From assembly GCA_046343015.1 (NCBI GenBank), contig JBKDOL010000030.1, positions 87,619 to 151,618 of the forward strand: a stretch of DNA of 64,000 bases, given 5' to 3'. This document shows positions 1 through 10,150 of the stretch, in pieces (within the stretch, counting starts at the first letter, position 1; the number at the start of each line of letters is the position of its first letter). Source of the DNA: Planctomycetota bacterium. GTDB taxonomy: Bacteria; Planctomycetota; Planctomycetia; Pirellulales; Pirellulaceae. The notes beneath the pieces were generated by a model. It saw only the letters and a list, made by a program, of their open reading frames with translations, did no database searches and was not told where the DNA came from. The position numbers were made by a program, and so were the translations under genes.

Positions 1-1
1 C

Positions 2-766
2 GTGTACCGTGTCGGCCAAAGCAGTCGCTGCGTTGTCGATCGCATTGGCTTCATCCGAATCGACGATCACATTGCCACCCAATTGATTCGAAAGGGCGGC
101 CAGCGATTCGATATCGCGTTCGGGGCCAATCGCAAAGCTCGAGAAAGACACCTCGGCATCAGCCAGGTGTGCGACAATCGAGTTGAACTTGCGGTCATTC
201 AACAAACCGCCACGACTCAAGCCGTCGCCGATGTAAATAATGCTTTGATTGCGACCAGCAACCTTGTCTTCAAACAGTTTCTTTGAATTCTCCAGCATGC
301 CCACGAAGTCGGTCGAACCGAGCGGCACGCGATCTTGCAATTGCTTCAGGGCCGCGTCCAAATCAGTCACGCCCGGAGCAACAAAGCTCGGAGTCAACAC
401 AACCGAGTCAATGTCGACAGCGACAACCTTGACGCGATCTTCCGCATTCAAGTTTTGCAGCAGCTGCTGCACCAGCTCCAGCGAATCACGCTTGTACAAG
501 CCGGTTTGGCTGGCGGAAGTGTCGACGTAAATGACGACGTCGCTGGGCAGCGTCCCGCCTTGCTTGAACTGAGGCGTCAAACTCAACGCAAAAGAAGTTT
601 CGCCCGTGGACGCGTCAAACGTCGCCAGACGCGAAGCCCCCTCCGGCGGAAAATCTCCCATTACCGGGAAATCGGTTGCTGCATGGCTCCAGGCGGAAGA
701 AACCGCGACCAGACCTGCAACCGCAACCCCGCGGAACATGGCTCGCAACGAACTGCTTTTGGACAT
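2..766 (-). CDS. VWA (von Willebrand factor A) domain protein with signal peptide; C-terminal part lies beyond the left window edge
   Basis: Absent from the supplied ORF track because it has no stop inside the window. My reverse-strand translation from ATG 766-764 reads MSKSSSLRAMFRGVAVAGLVAVSSAWSHA (signal-like), then VVIYVDTSASQTG (DxSxS MIDAS motif), PLGSTDF and SIIYIGDGLS. A GGAG lies 9 nt upstream of the ATG. Confidence 0.75.
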   Translation of the reverse strand, partial: MSKSSSLRAMFRGVAVAGLVAVSSAWSHAATDFPVMGDFPPEGASRLATFDASTGETSFALSLTPQFKQGGTLPSDVVIYVDTSASQTGLYKRDSLELVQQLLQNLNAEDRVKVVAVDIDSVVLTPSFVAPGVTDLDAALKQLQDRVPLGSTDFVGMLENSKKLFEDKVAGRNQSIIYIGDGLSRGGLLNDRKFNSIVAHLADAEVSFSSFAIGPERDIESLAALSNQLGGNVIVDSDEANAIDNAATALADTVH

Positions 767-1510
767 AGTAGAGAACTCCACTCCGAAGTAATCACACGCG
801 GGTCGCAAGTCCGGAAATCACGCACCCACGCCTTGCCTGTTTTGTTTTTGGACCGAAAAAGTGCAATCTGGTCACTCTGACTATTCTATTTTGGCATTTC
901 AGTCCACGCCACCAAAAATCCCCGAATTTGCCCAGCTTCTAAAACCAATCCTCTCGAAACAAGCCCAGCTCGGGCCGAATCGGGCAGCCGGCTGGGCCCG
1001 GTAACCCCTCAAATCGAACCCGTTTTTCGTCCCAAGCGGCCCGGTTTTGCCCTAATCGCCTGTCGAAACCGAATCCCCTGCGCGAACAAACGCTCGAAAT
1101 CGTGGCCTTCCAACCTGTTCGACGCTTCCACCGCAACCAGTCCAATCCATTCCGTTCCGGCTTTAAATCCCGATCCCCCACCCGCTCCCGAATTGGAACT
1201 GCCGGAGAAACCCGAAGATTCCGCGGAATCGACCCCGCCACAATATTCAGGCCACCACCCAACTAACGAGGTATTCATTGTGGAGGCTGCTCGCCCCCGG
1301 AACCCTCGCTGCCGTTTTGCATCACCGCCTCGAATCCCCGCTCCCGCAAACGATTTTCCACCTGCTTGGGAGTTTGTTTCAGATTCAAACTGCCGATTCG
1401 GCCGTTGCGCAACGAGTGTTCCGTATCAACCGTAAACTAATCAACAGACTCCGGGTAAAAACTGCCGCCGGAAACTTGACCCGCCGCACCCGAGAGAAAC
1501 CACGCCCCAT

Positions 1511-1540
1511 TCACCGAGCATCGCCTCACCGAGCATCGCC
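1511..1540. repeat. tandem direct repeat, 2 x 15 bp (tcaccgagcatcgcc), perfect
   Basis: Read directly: 1511-1525 is identical to 1526-1540. Intergenic. Confidence 0.95.
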
Positions 1541-1580
1541 GTCCGACGCGCTGACTCGCCTTCTACAGCGCTTGGTTCAG

Positions 1581-1619
1581 ATGCCTGCTCGCCAAGCAAT
1601 GCCTGCTCGCCAAGCAATG
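1581..1619. repeat. tandem direct repeat, 2 x 18 bp (atgcctgctcgccaagca) plus the first 3 nt of a third unit
   Basis: Read directly: 1581-1598 is identical to 1599-1616, followed by atg. Confidence 0.95.
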
Positions 1620-1909
1620 GTTGTCGCCAAGCAAGCGTCACGGCTGGCCAACGAGAATTAAGATCAGAGGGCATTGAATGCCGCTTCTGCATGCAGATAG
1701 ACGCATACTCCTGTTTGCGTCCTTTTGTTAGATGCCATTTGCCCCTGGCGAAATAAATCTTAGGAGAGGCGCACCCTGCCGGTCAACTCGCATTCCGCAA
1801 AATTCTCCGCCTCCGCAGCCAAATAATGAGTTCTTCCCTTACCGCCATGGGGATTCTGACTCTTCTTCCCTGCCGTCGAACAAACCGGTTTGAATCCGCC
1901 GGCACCCAA

Positions 1910-2869
1910 CTAGTCCGGCCACACCCGACCAATTGCCTCAACCGGCACCAGGCCGATCACCTCTTTCGACGCTGCGATCGCCTGCTCGATTTTTTCCGCC
2001 AGCAAAACGATCAGTGTCTGGATTCGCTCTCCAAACTTGTTCAACTCTTTCCCCAGTTGCAGCTGGATTCGGGCCTCCTGGGGTTTGTTCTCGACCTGTT
2101 TCAGCATTGAATTCGCGAGCGATTGCAAACTCGCGATTTGGTTATTCGTTGTCCGATACCAGCTGGCCAACTCGGACTTCAACACTTGTTCCTGCAATTC
2201 GAAAACGAATCCAGCTGACCGCTCGGCAGCCGAAACCAGCCAAGCCCCGAACTGCGAGGTTGCTCGCTGCATGCCTCGGGGCGGAGCGACCAGCAGGCAC
2301 GACAATTGGTTGTCGAACGGACCTGCCAATGACCGTGCACCTTGCGGCGCCGGCGGGAAAGGCGATTCGGAAGCGAAATAGGCCCGGGGCAGCCAGCGGT
2401 CGCATGCTGCGTAGTATTCCCAGTACGCTCGGAAATTCCGGTCAAATTCCAGTGCCAACGCCGCCTTGTGGACGCAATCCTGCTGCTCCCACGCTTCGGC
2501 CAATCCGGACATGAACTCCACGACCTGACTCTCAACGGAGGCCAAAAACGCTCGCGAGTTCACGACCAGCCGTTCCATTTCGTTACCGATGCGATTCAGC
2601 GGAACTCCTGGGATTTGCGGCCGCTTCTTTGGATCGCGAAGTCCCCCCTTTGAGCAACTTAAAAAATCGTGCCTCCAGCAGGCACTCAGGTGGATCCCTC
2701 TGGCTGACCGTGGGTTCAGCGACGTCATTAAATCGCCGTCGAAATGGGCCACGAGCGAATCGGCTCTCAGCCAACATTTCCCGGGAGCAGCCGAACGCTG
2801 TTCTGGATTCTCCCCGGTCCCCAAGCACAAACCCCAACCCAAAACCAAAATTTGCAACAATCCGAGCAT
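1910..2869 (-). CDS. hypothetical protein (possible signal peptide), no family recognised
   Basis: The C-terminal two thirds of the 420-aa ORF 1910..3172 have protein-like composition (MERLVVNSRAFLASVESQVVEFMSGLAEAWEQQ...LIVLLAEKIEQAIAASKEV). The first ~100 codons are R/S/P-rich and look non-coding. The internal ATG at 2869 gives a hydrophobic N-terminus, MLGLLQILVLGWGLCLG. Confidence 0.45.
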   Translation of the reverse strand: MLGLLQILVLGWGLCLGTGENPEQRSAAPGKCWLRADSLVAHFDGDLMTSLNPRSARGIHLSACWRHDFLSCSKGGLRDPKKRPQIPGVPLNRIGNEMERLVVNSRAFLASVESQVVEFMSGLAEAWEQQDCVHKAALALEFDRNFRAYWEYYAACDRWLPRAYFASESPFPPAPQGARSLAGPFDNQLSCLLVAPPRGMQRATSQFGAWLVSAAERSAGFVFELQEQVLKSELASWYRTTNNQIASLQSLANSMLKQVENKPQEARIQLQLGKELNKFGERIQTLIVLLAEKIEQAIAASKEVIGLVPVEAIGRVWPD

Positions 2870-3369
2870 TTGCAGACTCCCCCAGTGCGACCGCCAGTCC
2901 CTGCCTTGATATGCGGTATTGGAGCCACGTCCGTTTGGCCTGCGGTCTGTATCGACGGATGGCAAGCTGGGAAAAACGGGAAATGATTTTCGTCTGGTGA
3001 AAAGCAATGAGTTGCCGACGAATGTGCCAAGTCTGCCAAATCTGCCGACCATCGACGGGTTTGAGAGGGGGGGCGGCATTTGGAAAGCGGTTGTCCAGCC
3101 GAGGCTGATTTGGGAAAATCGTGCGTCTTCCGAGCAGCGTGACGTTGGGAGTTTTCCCGGACAGCGCGACATGCATTCCGGAACCTCTGCCTAATTGCAG
3201 GCGAGGCGTCGGGGGGAGCCGACTTGGGCCTACCCCTGGCGGCTCCCCGGCAGTTGTCCGAACTGACATTTTTCGGGTTGCGTAGTGCAAGCGGTCGGTT
3301 CGCTTCCAACCGATGGATTATTGTTTTCCGTTCGTCTATCTCGGTGAGCAAATTCCGAGGGCTCAAAAC

Positions 3370-4638
3370 ATGAAGAACACTGTTTGGCTTTGCACGTTTT
3401 CAGCGTTTTTGGGGGCTGTAATCGCCATCGGTTTATGGCAGCATTTCCTCGCCCCCTCCGTCTCGGCCTCAGCCAATTTCCTCTCTTCCGCTAAGCCGAT
3501 CGCTGCGGTGGAGCCGATCACTTCGGTGGACTTGGGACCGTCGTTCCCGATGCCTCCGGAAGCAGTGGCGAACCAGATGCCGCCTCAGGACTTGGTCCAA
3601 CCGCAAGTCCCAGCAGCTCCGTTGACGCCGGTAGTCCCGGTCGGGGCCAATCCCGAGTACACGCCCGAGGAAGCGGTCAACATTGCCGTTTACGAAAAGG
3701 TCAATCGCAGCGTCGTCAACATCGATACCCAAGCGGTCAAGGTCGACAACTTTTTCATGCTGGCCGTGCCGACTGAGGGAGCTGGCTCTGGATGGGTCCT
3801 CGATCGGGACGGTCATATCGTCACCAACAATCACGTGATCGCCGAGAGCGATTCGATTCAGGTCACGCTTGCCGATGGTTCTGCCTTTCCCGCGCGGCTG
3901 GTCGGCACTGATCCGGCTACCGATATTGCCGTCCTCAAAATCGATGCCCCACCCGAATTGCTCTTTCCGGTTGAATTTGGAGAGTCAGCCAATCTCCGGG
4001 TCGGCCAGCGTGTATTCGCTATCGGCAACCCTTACGGCTTGGAGCGGACCATGACCGTCGGGATTGTCTCCAGCCTGAATCGAACCCTCGCGTCGGGCAA
4101 CAACCAGAAGCTGAAAAACATGATCCAGCTTGATGCCGCCCTGAATCAGGGTAACTCTGGAGGGCCATTGCTCGACAGTCGCGGCCGATTGATTGGCATG
4201 AACACCGCCATCGCCTCGATGACCGGGCAAAACTCCGGAGTCGGGTTTGCCGTCCCGGCGAATGTCATTCGGCGCACGGTTCCGGAACTGTTGCAATTTG
4301 GCAAGGTGGTCCGGGCTTCGCTTGGCATAGAAGCGATCATGGAAATGCGCCGCGGGGTCATGATCGCCAAGACCGAGAAAAACGGGGCCGCCGAGCAGGC
4401 CGGTCTCCGCGGCGGCTATCGCGAAGCCGTGGAGCGTTTCGGAACAATGCAAGTCCGACGACAGTTTTTTGACCGACAAAACGCGGACGTGATTTTGAAG
4501 ATCGACGACAAAGAGGTGAAGTCAGCCGATGACATCAACGACATTGTCGGCGAACGTAAACCGGGGGAGGAGGTCGTAGTGACCATTCTCCGAGCAGGTC
4601 GCGAGGCAGTCTTGCGGGTTCGCTTGGGCAGCGAGTAA
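3370..4638 (+). CDS. htrA: HtrA/DegP-family (S1C) serine protease with C-terminal PDZ-like domain
   Basis: Catalytic triad contexts GHIVTNNHVI (His), TDIAVLKI (Asp) and GNSGGPLLD (Ser). Start moved to ATG 3370, giving the membrane anchor MKNTVWLCTFSAFLGAVIAIGLW. Confidence 0.9.
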   Translation: MKNTVWLCTFSAFLGAVIAIGLWQHFLAPSVSASANFLSSAKPIAAVEPITSVDLGPSFPMPPEAVANQMPPQDLVQPQVPAAPLTPVVPVGANPEYTPEEAVNIAVYEKVNRSVVNIDTQAVKVDNFFMLAVPTEGAGSGWVLDRDGHIVTNNHVIAESDSIQVTLADGSAFPARLVGTDPATDIAVLKIDAPPELLFPVEFGESANLRVGQRVFAIGNPYGLERTMTVGIVSSLNRTLASGNNQKLKNMIQLDAALNQGNSGGPLLDSRGRLIGMNTAIASMTGQNSGVGFAVPANVIRRTVPELLQFGKVVRASLGIEAIMEMRRGVMIAKTEKNGAAEQAGLRGGYREAVERFGTMQVRRQFFDRQNADVILKIDDKEVKSADDINDIVGERKPGEEVVVTILRAGREAVLRVRLGSE

Positions 4639-4694
4639 CCTGATCGAGAGGTCCTTTTTCCGGCGTTTCCGCAGGTCGATTTCTGGAGTCAGCC

Positions 4695-5435
4695 ATGCCC
4701 AAAATTGCAGTGATCCTCGCCGCCGCAGGTGGCAGTTCGCGGTTCAAGGACCAGCACTACAAAAAGCAATTTGCGATTCTCAACGGCAAGGCCGTTTGGT
4801 TGCACTCCGCCGAGAAGTTTCTCAACCGGGATGACGTGAAGCAATTGATTGTCGTCGTTTCTCCCGAAGATCGCGACGACTTTGTCTCCAAATTTGGAGC
4901 CAATCTGGCCGTGATGGGCATCGATTTGGCCACGGGTGGCAAGGAGCGGAGTGACTCCGTGCAGAACGCCCTGTCCAAGGTTCGCGAGGAAATCGACTTG
5001 GTCTGTATCCACGATGCGGCTCGACCCTGTCTGGCGGACACCTGGCTGGATGATGTGATCGCGGTTGCCAGCAAGACCGGAGCAGCGATTCTGGCTACCG
5101 AAGTCACGAGCACGGTCAAGCGATCCCGGGACGGAAAAGTAATTGACGAGACTGTTCCGCGCGAGCATCTGTATCTCGCCCAGACGCCGCAGGTCTTCTC
5201 CCGGTCCCTGTTAGTCAAGGCCTTCGCCGCCAAGGGGAGTTCGCAACCGACCGATGAGGCTCAAATGGTGGAAAAGCTGGGACAGAAGGTCAGCCTCGTT
5301 GCCGGCTCCCCCTTAAACATCAAGATCACGACCAAGAGCGATTTGGCGTTCGCTGCGGCTTGCCTGAAAGCGCTGCCGACACCCCGCTTTGACGCCCCGC
5401 TGCATCCCTTTGCGGACGACAAGCTCTGGCGCTGA
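4695..5435 (+). CDS. ispD: 2-C-methyl-D-erythritol 4-phosphate cytidylyltransferase
   Basis: N-terminal IAVILAAAGGSSRF nucleotide-binding loop and VCIHDAARPC motif. The 246-aa length is typical for IspD. Confidence 0.9.
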   Translation: MPKIAVILAAAGGSSRFKDQHYKKQFAILNGKAVWLHSAEKFLNRDDVKQLIVVVSPEDRDDFVSKFGANLAVMGIDLATGGKERSDSVQNALSKVREEIDLVCIHDAARPCLADTWLDDVIAVASKTGAAILATEVTSTVKRSRDGKVIDETVPREHLYLAQTPQVFSRSLLVKAFAAKGSSQPTDEAQMVEKLGQKVSLVAGSPLNIKITTKSDLAFAAACLKALPTPRFDAPLHPFADDKLWR

Positions 5436-5562
5436 ACTCTCGGCGGGGTGAAATCGAGCCGGTCGGTCCATGTTCGATGGCGGCAGCATCTGCTAAATTG
5501 TTGCGCGAATATTTCGGCCCACTTCGAGCCGAAAATTTGCAGCCATTCAAGGGAGTCGGACG

Positions 5563-6621
5563 ATGGGCGCATTGCCAAAAACAATGCCGGCTTTGCGAAA
5601 ACTGAAGCGGGAACCCGGGCTTGATTTTGTCCCCGCGGTGGAACTCCCCGAATTGGGGCCGCGAGAAGTCCTGGTGCGGACGACGCATGCCGGGATCTGC
5701 GGAACGGACCGACACATTTTTGAATGGGACAAGTGGAGCCAGCAGCGGGTCAAAATCGGGATCACGACGGGGCACGAGTTTTGCGGAATTGTTGAAAAGA
5801 CCGGCTCCGCAGTGACGCGAATCGCCACCGGCGCCCGAGTCAGCGCCGAAGGTCACATTACCTGCGGAACATGTGAACAGTGCCGGACAGGCAATGGCCA
5901 CATTTGCAATGAAGTTCGAATTCTCGGAATCGACACCAACGGCTGCTTCGCCTCTTACCTGGTCGTTCCCGAAGAAAACATCTGGCCGGTACACCCGAAA
6001 ATCAGCGACCAGATTGCGGCCGTCTTCGACCCGCTGGGCAACGCGGTGCACACCGTCATGACGGCTGGCGTCAGCGGCAAGTCAGTGCTGATCACGGGAG
6101 TCGGAATTATTGGCTTGATGGCGGTGACTGTCGCCAAGGCAGCCGGCGCGGGCAGCATCTTTGTCACTGATGTCGACCCCAACCGACTGCGACTCGCCCG
6201 GGAACTCGGCGCGAATGAAGCTTTTGACGGGCGCCAACCCTGGGTCGAAGAGGTTCGCCGCCACTGCGGCGGCAGCGGACCGCAGGTGCTGCTCGAAATG
6301 AGCGGCAATCCGCGGGCGATTCACGACGGCTTCACCGCCCTCCGCAATGGCGGTACCGCTGCCCTGCTCGGTATCCCGTCCGATCAAATCCAGTTTGACT
6401 GGACCAACCACCTGATTTTCAAAGGCGCCACCGTGTTCGGCATCAACGGCCGCCGGATGTTCGAAACGTGGTATCAGATGGAAAATCTGCTCTTGTCCGG
6501 GAAACTGCAACTCGACCCGATCATCACTCATGAAATCGAGATGTCCGACTTCGCTTCCGGTTTTCGAATGATGCAGACCGGAGAGGCGATCAAAGTCGTC
6601 ATGCGAATACCCAAAGCCTGA
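5563..6621 (+). CDS. tdh: L-threonine 3-dehydrogenase (Zn-dependent MDR family)
   Basis: ICGTDRHIFEWDKWSQ, GHEFCGIV and ITGVGIIGLMA (GxGxxG). N-terminal region is collinear with E. coli Tdh as I remember it. GGGAG SD before ATG 5563; kbl follows, as in the classical tdh-kbl pair. Confidence 0.92.
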   Translation: MGALPKTMPALRKLKREPGLDFVPAVELPELGPREVLVRTTHAGICGTDRHIFEWDKWSQQRVKIGITTGHEFCGIVEKTGSAVTRIATGARVSAEGHITCGTCEQCRTGNGHICNEVRILGIDTNGCFASYLVVPEENIWPVHPKISDQIAAVFDPLGNAVHTVMTAGVSGKSVLITGVGIIGLMAVTVAKAAGAGSIFVTDVDPNRLRLARELGANEAFDGRQPWVEEVRRHCGGSGPQVLLEMSGNPRAIHDGFTALRNGGTAALLGIPSDQIQFDWTNHLIFKGATVFGINGRRMFETWYQMENLLLSGKLQLDPIITHEIEMSDFASGFRMMQTGEAIKVVMRIPKA

Positions 6622-6706
6622 GCCTCACTCTCCAGCCATCACTGTGGTCAAGCTCACTGTTTGAGCACGACCTGTCTGAGCCGACTCCCCTTTTTGATGA
6701 ACGACG

Positions 6707-7882
6707 ATGCCGAACGCCAACTTTCAGCAACGCGCCGATGCCCTGATCCGCAACCTTAACGAAACGGGGCAACTCAAGCCTTTTTATGAGGTCGAGTCGC
6801 CGATGCGGCCGGTCGTTCAAGTCCGTGGTCACGGCGAAGTTCTGGTGCTCTGCGCGAACAACTATCTGGGATTGGCTGACCATCCCGAAGTGATTGCCGC
6901 CGGGATCAAGGGGCTTCAGGACTATGGCGCCGGGACGGCGAGCGTTCGTTTCATCTGCGGAACCCTTGCCTGCCACCACGACCTCGAGAGTCGGATTGCG
7001 AAATTTGTTGGCACCGAAGCGGCACTCAGCTACGTCAGTTGCTGGAATGCGAACGAGGCCTTGTTTCAAACCTTGGTCGCTGCCGACGACGCCGTGTTGT
7101 CGGACGAGTTGAATCACGCCAGCATCATTGACGGCATGCGACTGATGGTCAAAGGCGTCAACAAGCAGGTGTATCGCCACAGCGATTTGAACCAGTTGGA
7201 GGAGCAACTCAAGGCGACCCAATCAGCACCTTGCCGGTGGGTGGTCACCGATGGTGTTTTCAGCATGGAGGGGGATGTCTGCCACCTGCCGCAATTGGTG
7301 GAACTGTGTGAGCGTTACCAGGCGCTTTTGATCGTAGATGACTCACACGGGATCGGAGTCCTCGGCAAGACAGGTCGCGGAACGCCTGAGCACTTTGACC
7401 TGTTTGGCAAAATCGACATTTTGACAGGTACCCTCGGCAAGTCACTCGGCGGCGCAGCGGGCGGTTACATCGCAGCCTCGCGCCGGACCATCGAGGTTCT
7501 CGAACAGCGCGGCCGACCGAGTCTCTTTTCCAACGCCTTGCCGGCGACCGTCGCCTACAGTGCAGGCAAGGCGATTGAAGTCGTCGAGCGGCACCCGGAA
7601 ATCGTCCAACGCCTCCATCAAAACGTCCGCCGGTTCCGCGATGGGCTGAAGCAACTTGGCTTTGATTGTCATGAAAGCCCGACTGCGATCATTCCAATCA
7701 TGATCGGAGACGAGGCCGAGGCGATTCGCAAGTCGAAGCGGCTCTTTGAAATGGGGATCATGATCATCGGATTCGGCTTCCCGGTCGTTCCCCGCGGCCA
7801 AGCCCGCTTGCGGCTGCAGGTTTCCGCAGCGCTGAGCGACGAGCATATCCAGCGGGCTCTCGACGCTTTTGCCAAACTTTAA
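6707..7882 (+). CDS. kbl: 2-amino-3-ketobutyrate CoA ligase (glycine C-acetyltransferase)
   Basis: Alpha-oxoamine synthase motifs NHASIIDG, FSMEGDV and TLGKSLGG (PLP lysine). 391 aa, directly downstream of tdh. Confidence 0.92.
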   Translation: MPNANFQQRADALIRNLNETGQLKPFYEVESPMRPVVQVRGHGEVLVLCANNYLGLADHPEVIAAGIKGLQDYGAGTASVRFICGTLACHHDLESRIAKFVGTEAALSYVSCWNANEALFQTLVAADDAVLSDELNHASIIDGMRLMVKGVNKQVYRHSDLNQLEEQLKATQSAPCRWVVTDGVFSMEGDVCHLPQLVELCERYQALLIVDDSHGIGVLGKTGRGTPEHFDLFGKIDILTGTLGKSLGGAAGGYIAASRRTIEVLEQRGRPSLFSNALPATVAYSAGKAIEVVERHPEIVQRLHQNVRRFRDGLKQLGFDCHESPTAIIPIMIGDEAEAIRKSKRLFEMGIMIIGFGFPVVPRGQARLRLQVSAALSDEHIQRALDAFAKL

Positions 7883-7895
7883 GCACCCATCAACC

Positions 7896-8954
7896 ATGAG
7901 CACCGCCCAATTGATTGACTTGCGGAGCGACACCGTGACGCAACCCGATGCCGAAATGCGGCGGGTGATGGCTGCGGCTCCGGTCGGCGATGACGTGATC
8001 GATGTGGACCCAACTGTCGACCGGCTGCAGCGCACGATTGCCGAAGTGCTTGGCCTCGAGGCGGCCATGTTCATGCCCTCGGGTACCATGACCAATCAGG
8101 TCGCCGTTCGCCTGCACTGCCGTCCCGGGGATGAATTTCTCTGCGAAGAGGGCTGTCACATTTACAATTACGAGCAGGGTGCCTTTGCCCAGCTCAGCGG
8201 CACGATTGCCCGGACGGTAATCGGCCGGCGAAGTGTTCTGTCCGTGGAACAACTCCAGGACCTGATTCGGCCCGATAATGAACACGCCGTGCGAACCCGC
8301 CTGCTCTGCCTTGAGAACACCCACAACCGGGGTGGTGGCGTCGTCTTGCCGCTGGAAAATGTGCGCAGCGTCACCGGTTGGGCGAAGGCGAATGGCTTGG
8401 CTTGTCACCTCGACGGCGCGAGGCTGTTCAATGCAGTCGTCGCCACCGGCGTGACCGCCAGCGAATGGGCCAGTCATTTTGATACCGTGTCGGTTTGCTT
8501 CAGCAAGGGCCTCGGGGCGCCGGTGGGGAGTGCGCTGCTCGGCCCTCGCGCCCTGATCAACGAGATGCGGAGACACCGCAAGTTGTTCGGAGGTGGGATG
8601 CGGCAATCGGGTATCATCGCTGCGGGTGCCCTGTATGCGCTGGAGCACAACATTCCCCGACTTCAACAAGATCACGTTCACGCCCAACTGCTGGCCGATG
8701 CGGTGCGGAGCAGCGGCGTGCTGCAACTGGACCCGGAAGTCGTCGACACCAACATTGTGATCTTCCGCGTCGACACCGCTGGCTGGACCGCCGCAGACTT
8801 CTGCCAGGCTGCCAAACAACGCGGCGTCTGGTTGCTCCCCTTTTCGCGACGCCACGTGCGGGCCGTAACTCACCTCCACATCCGGGAAGAGGACGCTCTG
8901 CGGGCGGGCAAAATCGTCGCTGAACTCGCGGCATCCGGCCCCCAAACCAACTGA
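7896..8954 (+). CDS. ltaE: low-specificity L-threonine aldolase
   Basis: N-terminus IDLRSDTVTQP, plus GTMTNQ and CFSKGLGAPVGS (PLP lysine context). Start set to ATG 7896 because the ORF-track start 7869 overlaps the kbl stop. Confidence 0.85.
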   Translation: MSTAQLIDLRSDTVTQPDAEMRRVMAAAPVGDDVIDVDPTVDRLQRTIAEVLGLEAAMFMPSGTMTNQVAVRLHCRPGDEFLCEEGCHIYNYEQGAFAQLSGTIARTVIGRRSVLSVEQLQDLIRPDNEHAVRTRLLCLENTHNRGGGVVLPLENVRSVTGWAKANGLACHLDGARLFNAVVATGVTASEWASHFDTVSVCFSKGLGAPVGSALLGPRALINEMRRHRKLFGGGMRQSGIIAAGALYALEHNIPRLQQDHVHAQLLADAVRSSGVLQLDPEVVDTNIVIFRVDTAGWTAADFCQAAKQRGVWLLPFSRRHVRAVTHLHIREEDALRAGKIVAELAASGPQTN

Positions 8955-8961
8955 ACCAGCG

Positions 8962-9954
8962 ATGCCAACCATTGTCCTCTGCTATCCGACCACCCCGGAC
9001 CAGCGGGCCGCTCTCGAACAGGCCGCACCGGGCTTTCGACTGATCGCCTCCGACCAGGAGCGGATTCGGGAAGACATCTTTGCGGCCGACATTTTTTGCG
9101 GACACGCTCGCGGCGGGCTCCCCTGGGCCGAAATCGTGCGCCGCGGAAAACTGCAGTGGATCCAGTCCAGTGCCGCTGGCCTCGACCACTGCCTCAGCCC
9201 CGAAGTGGTCAAATCCGACATTATCGTCAGCGGATCCTCGGGACTGTTTGCCGATCAGGTCGCCGAGCAGACCTTGGCATTGCTGTTGGGGTTGCTCCGG
9301 AGAATCCCGTTGTTTCATTCGGCACAACTCCGCCGACATCACGAACGGAAACCGACGGATGACTTGCATGGCAAGCGAGTCGGCATTCATGGGCTGGGAG
9401 CCAATGGACTTCGAATCGCGAAACTTCTCAGCGGCTTTGACGTCGAGTTGCTGGGCTGTGATCGCTTTCCCGAGGCCATGTCGCAGCAAGTTGCCTTCTC
9501 GGTCCTGCCAGCCAACCAAAGCCTCGAACTCTATCGGCGCTCGCAAATTGTTATCGCCGCCCTGCCTTTGACTGAAGAGACGCGCGGACTGATTGACGGC
9601 GAACATTTCGCGGCTCTCCCGCGGGGAAGTTACTTTGTCAATGTTGGTCGCGGTCAAACGGCCGTCGAGCCGGCGCTGGGCGAAGCGCTCGCCGCCGGGC
9701 AACTCGCCGGAGCTGGCTTGGACGTGGTCGCCGTCGAACCACTCCCTCCGCAAAGCCCCATCTGGGACTGGCCGAACCTTTTACTGACTCCCCATGTCGG
9801 TGCGCAAGCGGCTCTTCGCTATCAACAAGTGACCGATTTTTTTCTGGAAAATCTCCGCCGCTGGCAAACCGGACGACCACTTCTCAATCTCGTCGACAAA
9901 CAACTAGGCTTTCCTCGCCCCGAGCACCGCTGGTCCAGACCTCAGTCGCGATAA
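8962..9954 (+). CDS. D-isomer-specific 2-hydroxyacid dehydrogenase family protein
   Basis: NAD-binding GKRVGIHGLGANGLRIAKLL and C-terminal LLLTPHVGA (catalytic His context). Confidence 0.85.
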   Translation: MPTIVLCYPTTPDQRAALEQAAPGFRLIASDQERIREDIFAADIFCGHARGGLPWAEIVRRGKLQWIQSSAAGLDHCLSPEVVKSDIIVSGSSGLFADQVAEQTLALLLGLLRRIPLFHSAQLRRHHERKPTDDLHGKRVGIHGLGANGLRIAKLLSGFDVELLGCDRFPEAMSQQVAFSVLPANQSLELYRRSQIVIAALPLTEETRGLIDGEHFAALPRGSYFVNVGRGQTAVEPALGEALAAGQLAGAGLDVVAVEPLPPQSPIWDWPNLLLTPHVGAQAALRYQQVTDFFLENLRRWQTGRPLLNLVDKQLGFPRPEHRWSRPQSR

Positions 9955-10150
9955 ACGCCCCCGCTAGCACTGAAAAAACGGCTTTTTCGTCCCCGAATTG
10001 GTCCCTTCTCCGCGGCCCGCACACTGGACCAATGTCTACCATCCAGTTTAAGATGGACCGCACCGGGACGTGGAGAAAATGGATTGTTTGAGTTCGCTCA
10101 GGAACTAGCCAATTCCCGGCCAGCCTCGCCCTTTCAGCCCCATTAACACC

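Noticed and set aside
1275-1412. HicA-toxin-like fragment on the minus strand (LNLKQTPKQVENRLRERGFEAVMQNGSEG...)
   Set aside because: It resembles only the N-terminal third of HicA. It is 45 codons long with a TTG start, has GSE instead of GSH, lacks the C-terminal half, and has no HicB-like partner nearby. At best it is a decayed remnant and cannot be supported as a feature.
7890-8972. 360-aa minus-strand ORF (and the similar 8614..9753 ORF)
   Set aside because: Antisense to ltaE and the 2-hydroxyacid dehydrogenase. No motifs, Arg/Gly/Pro-rich.
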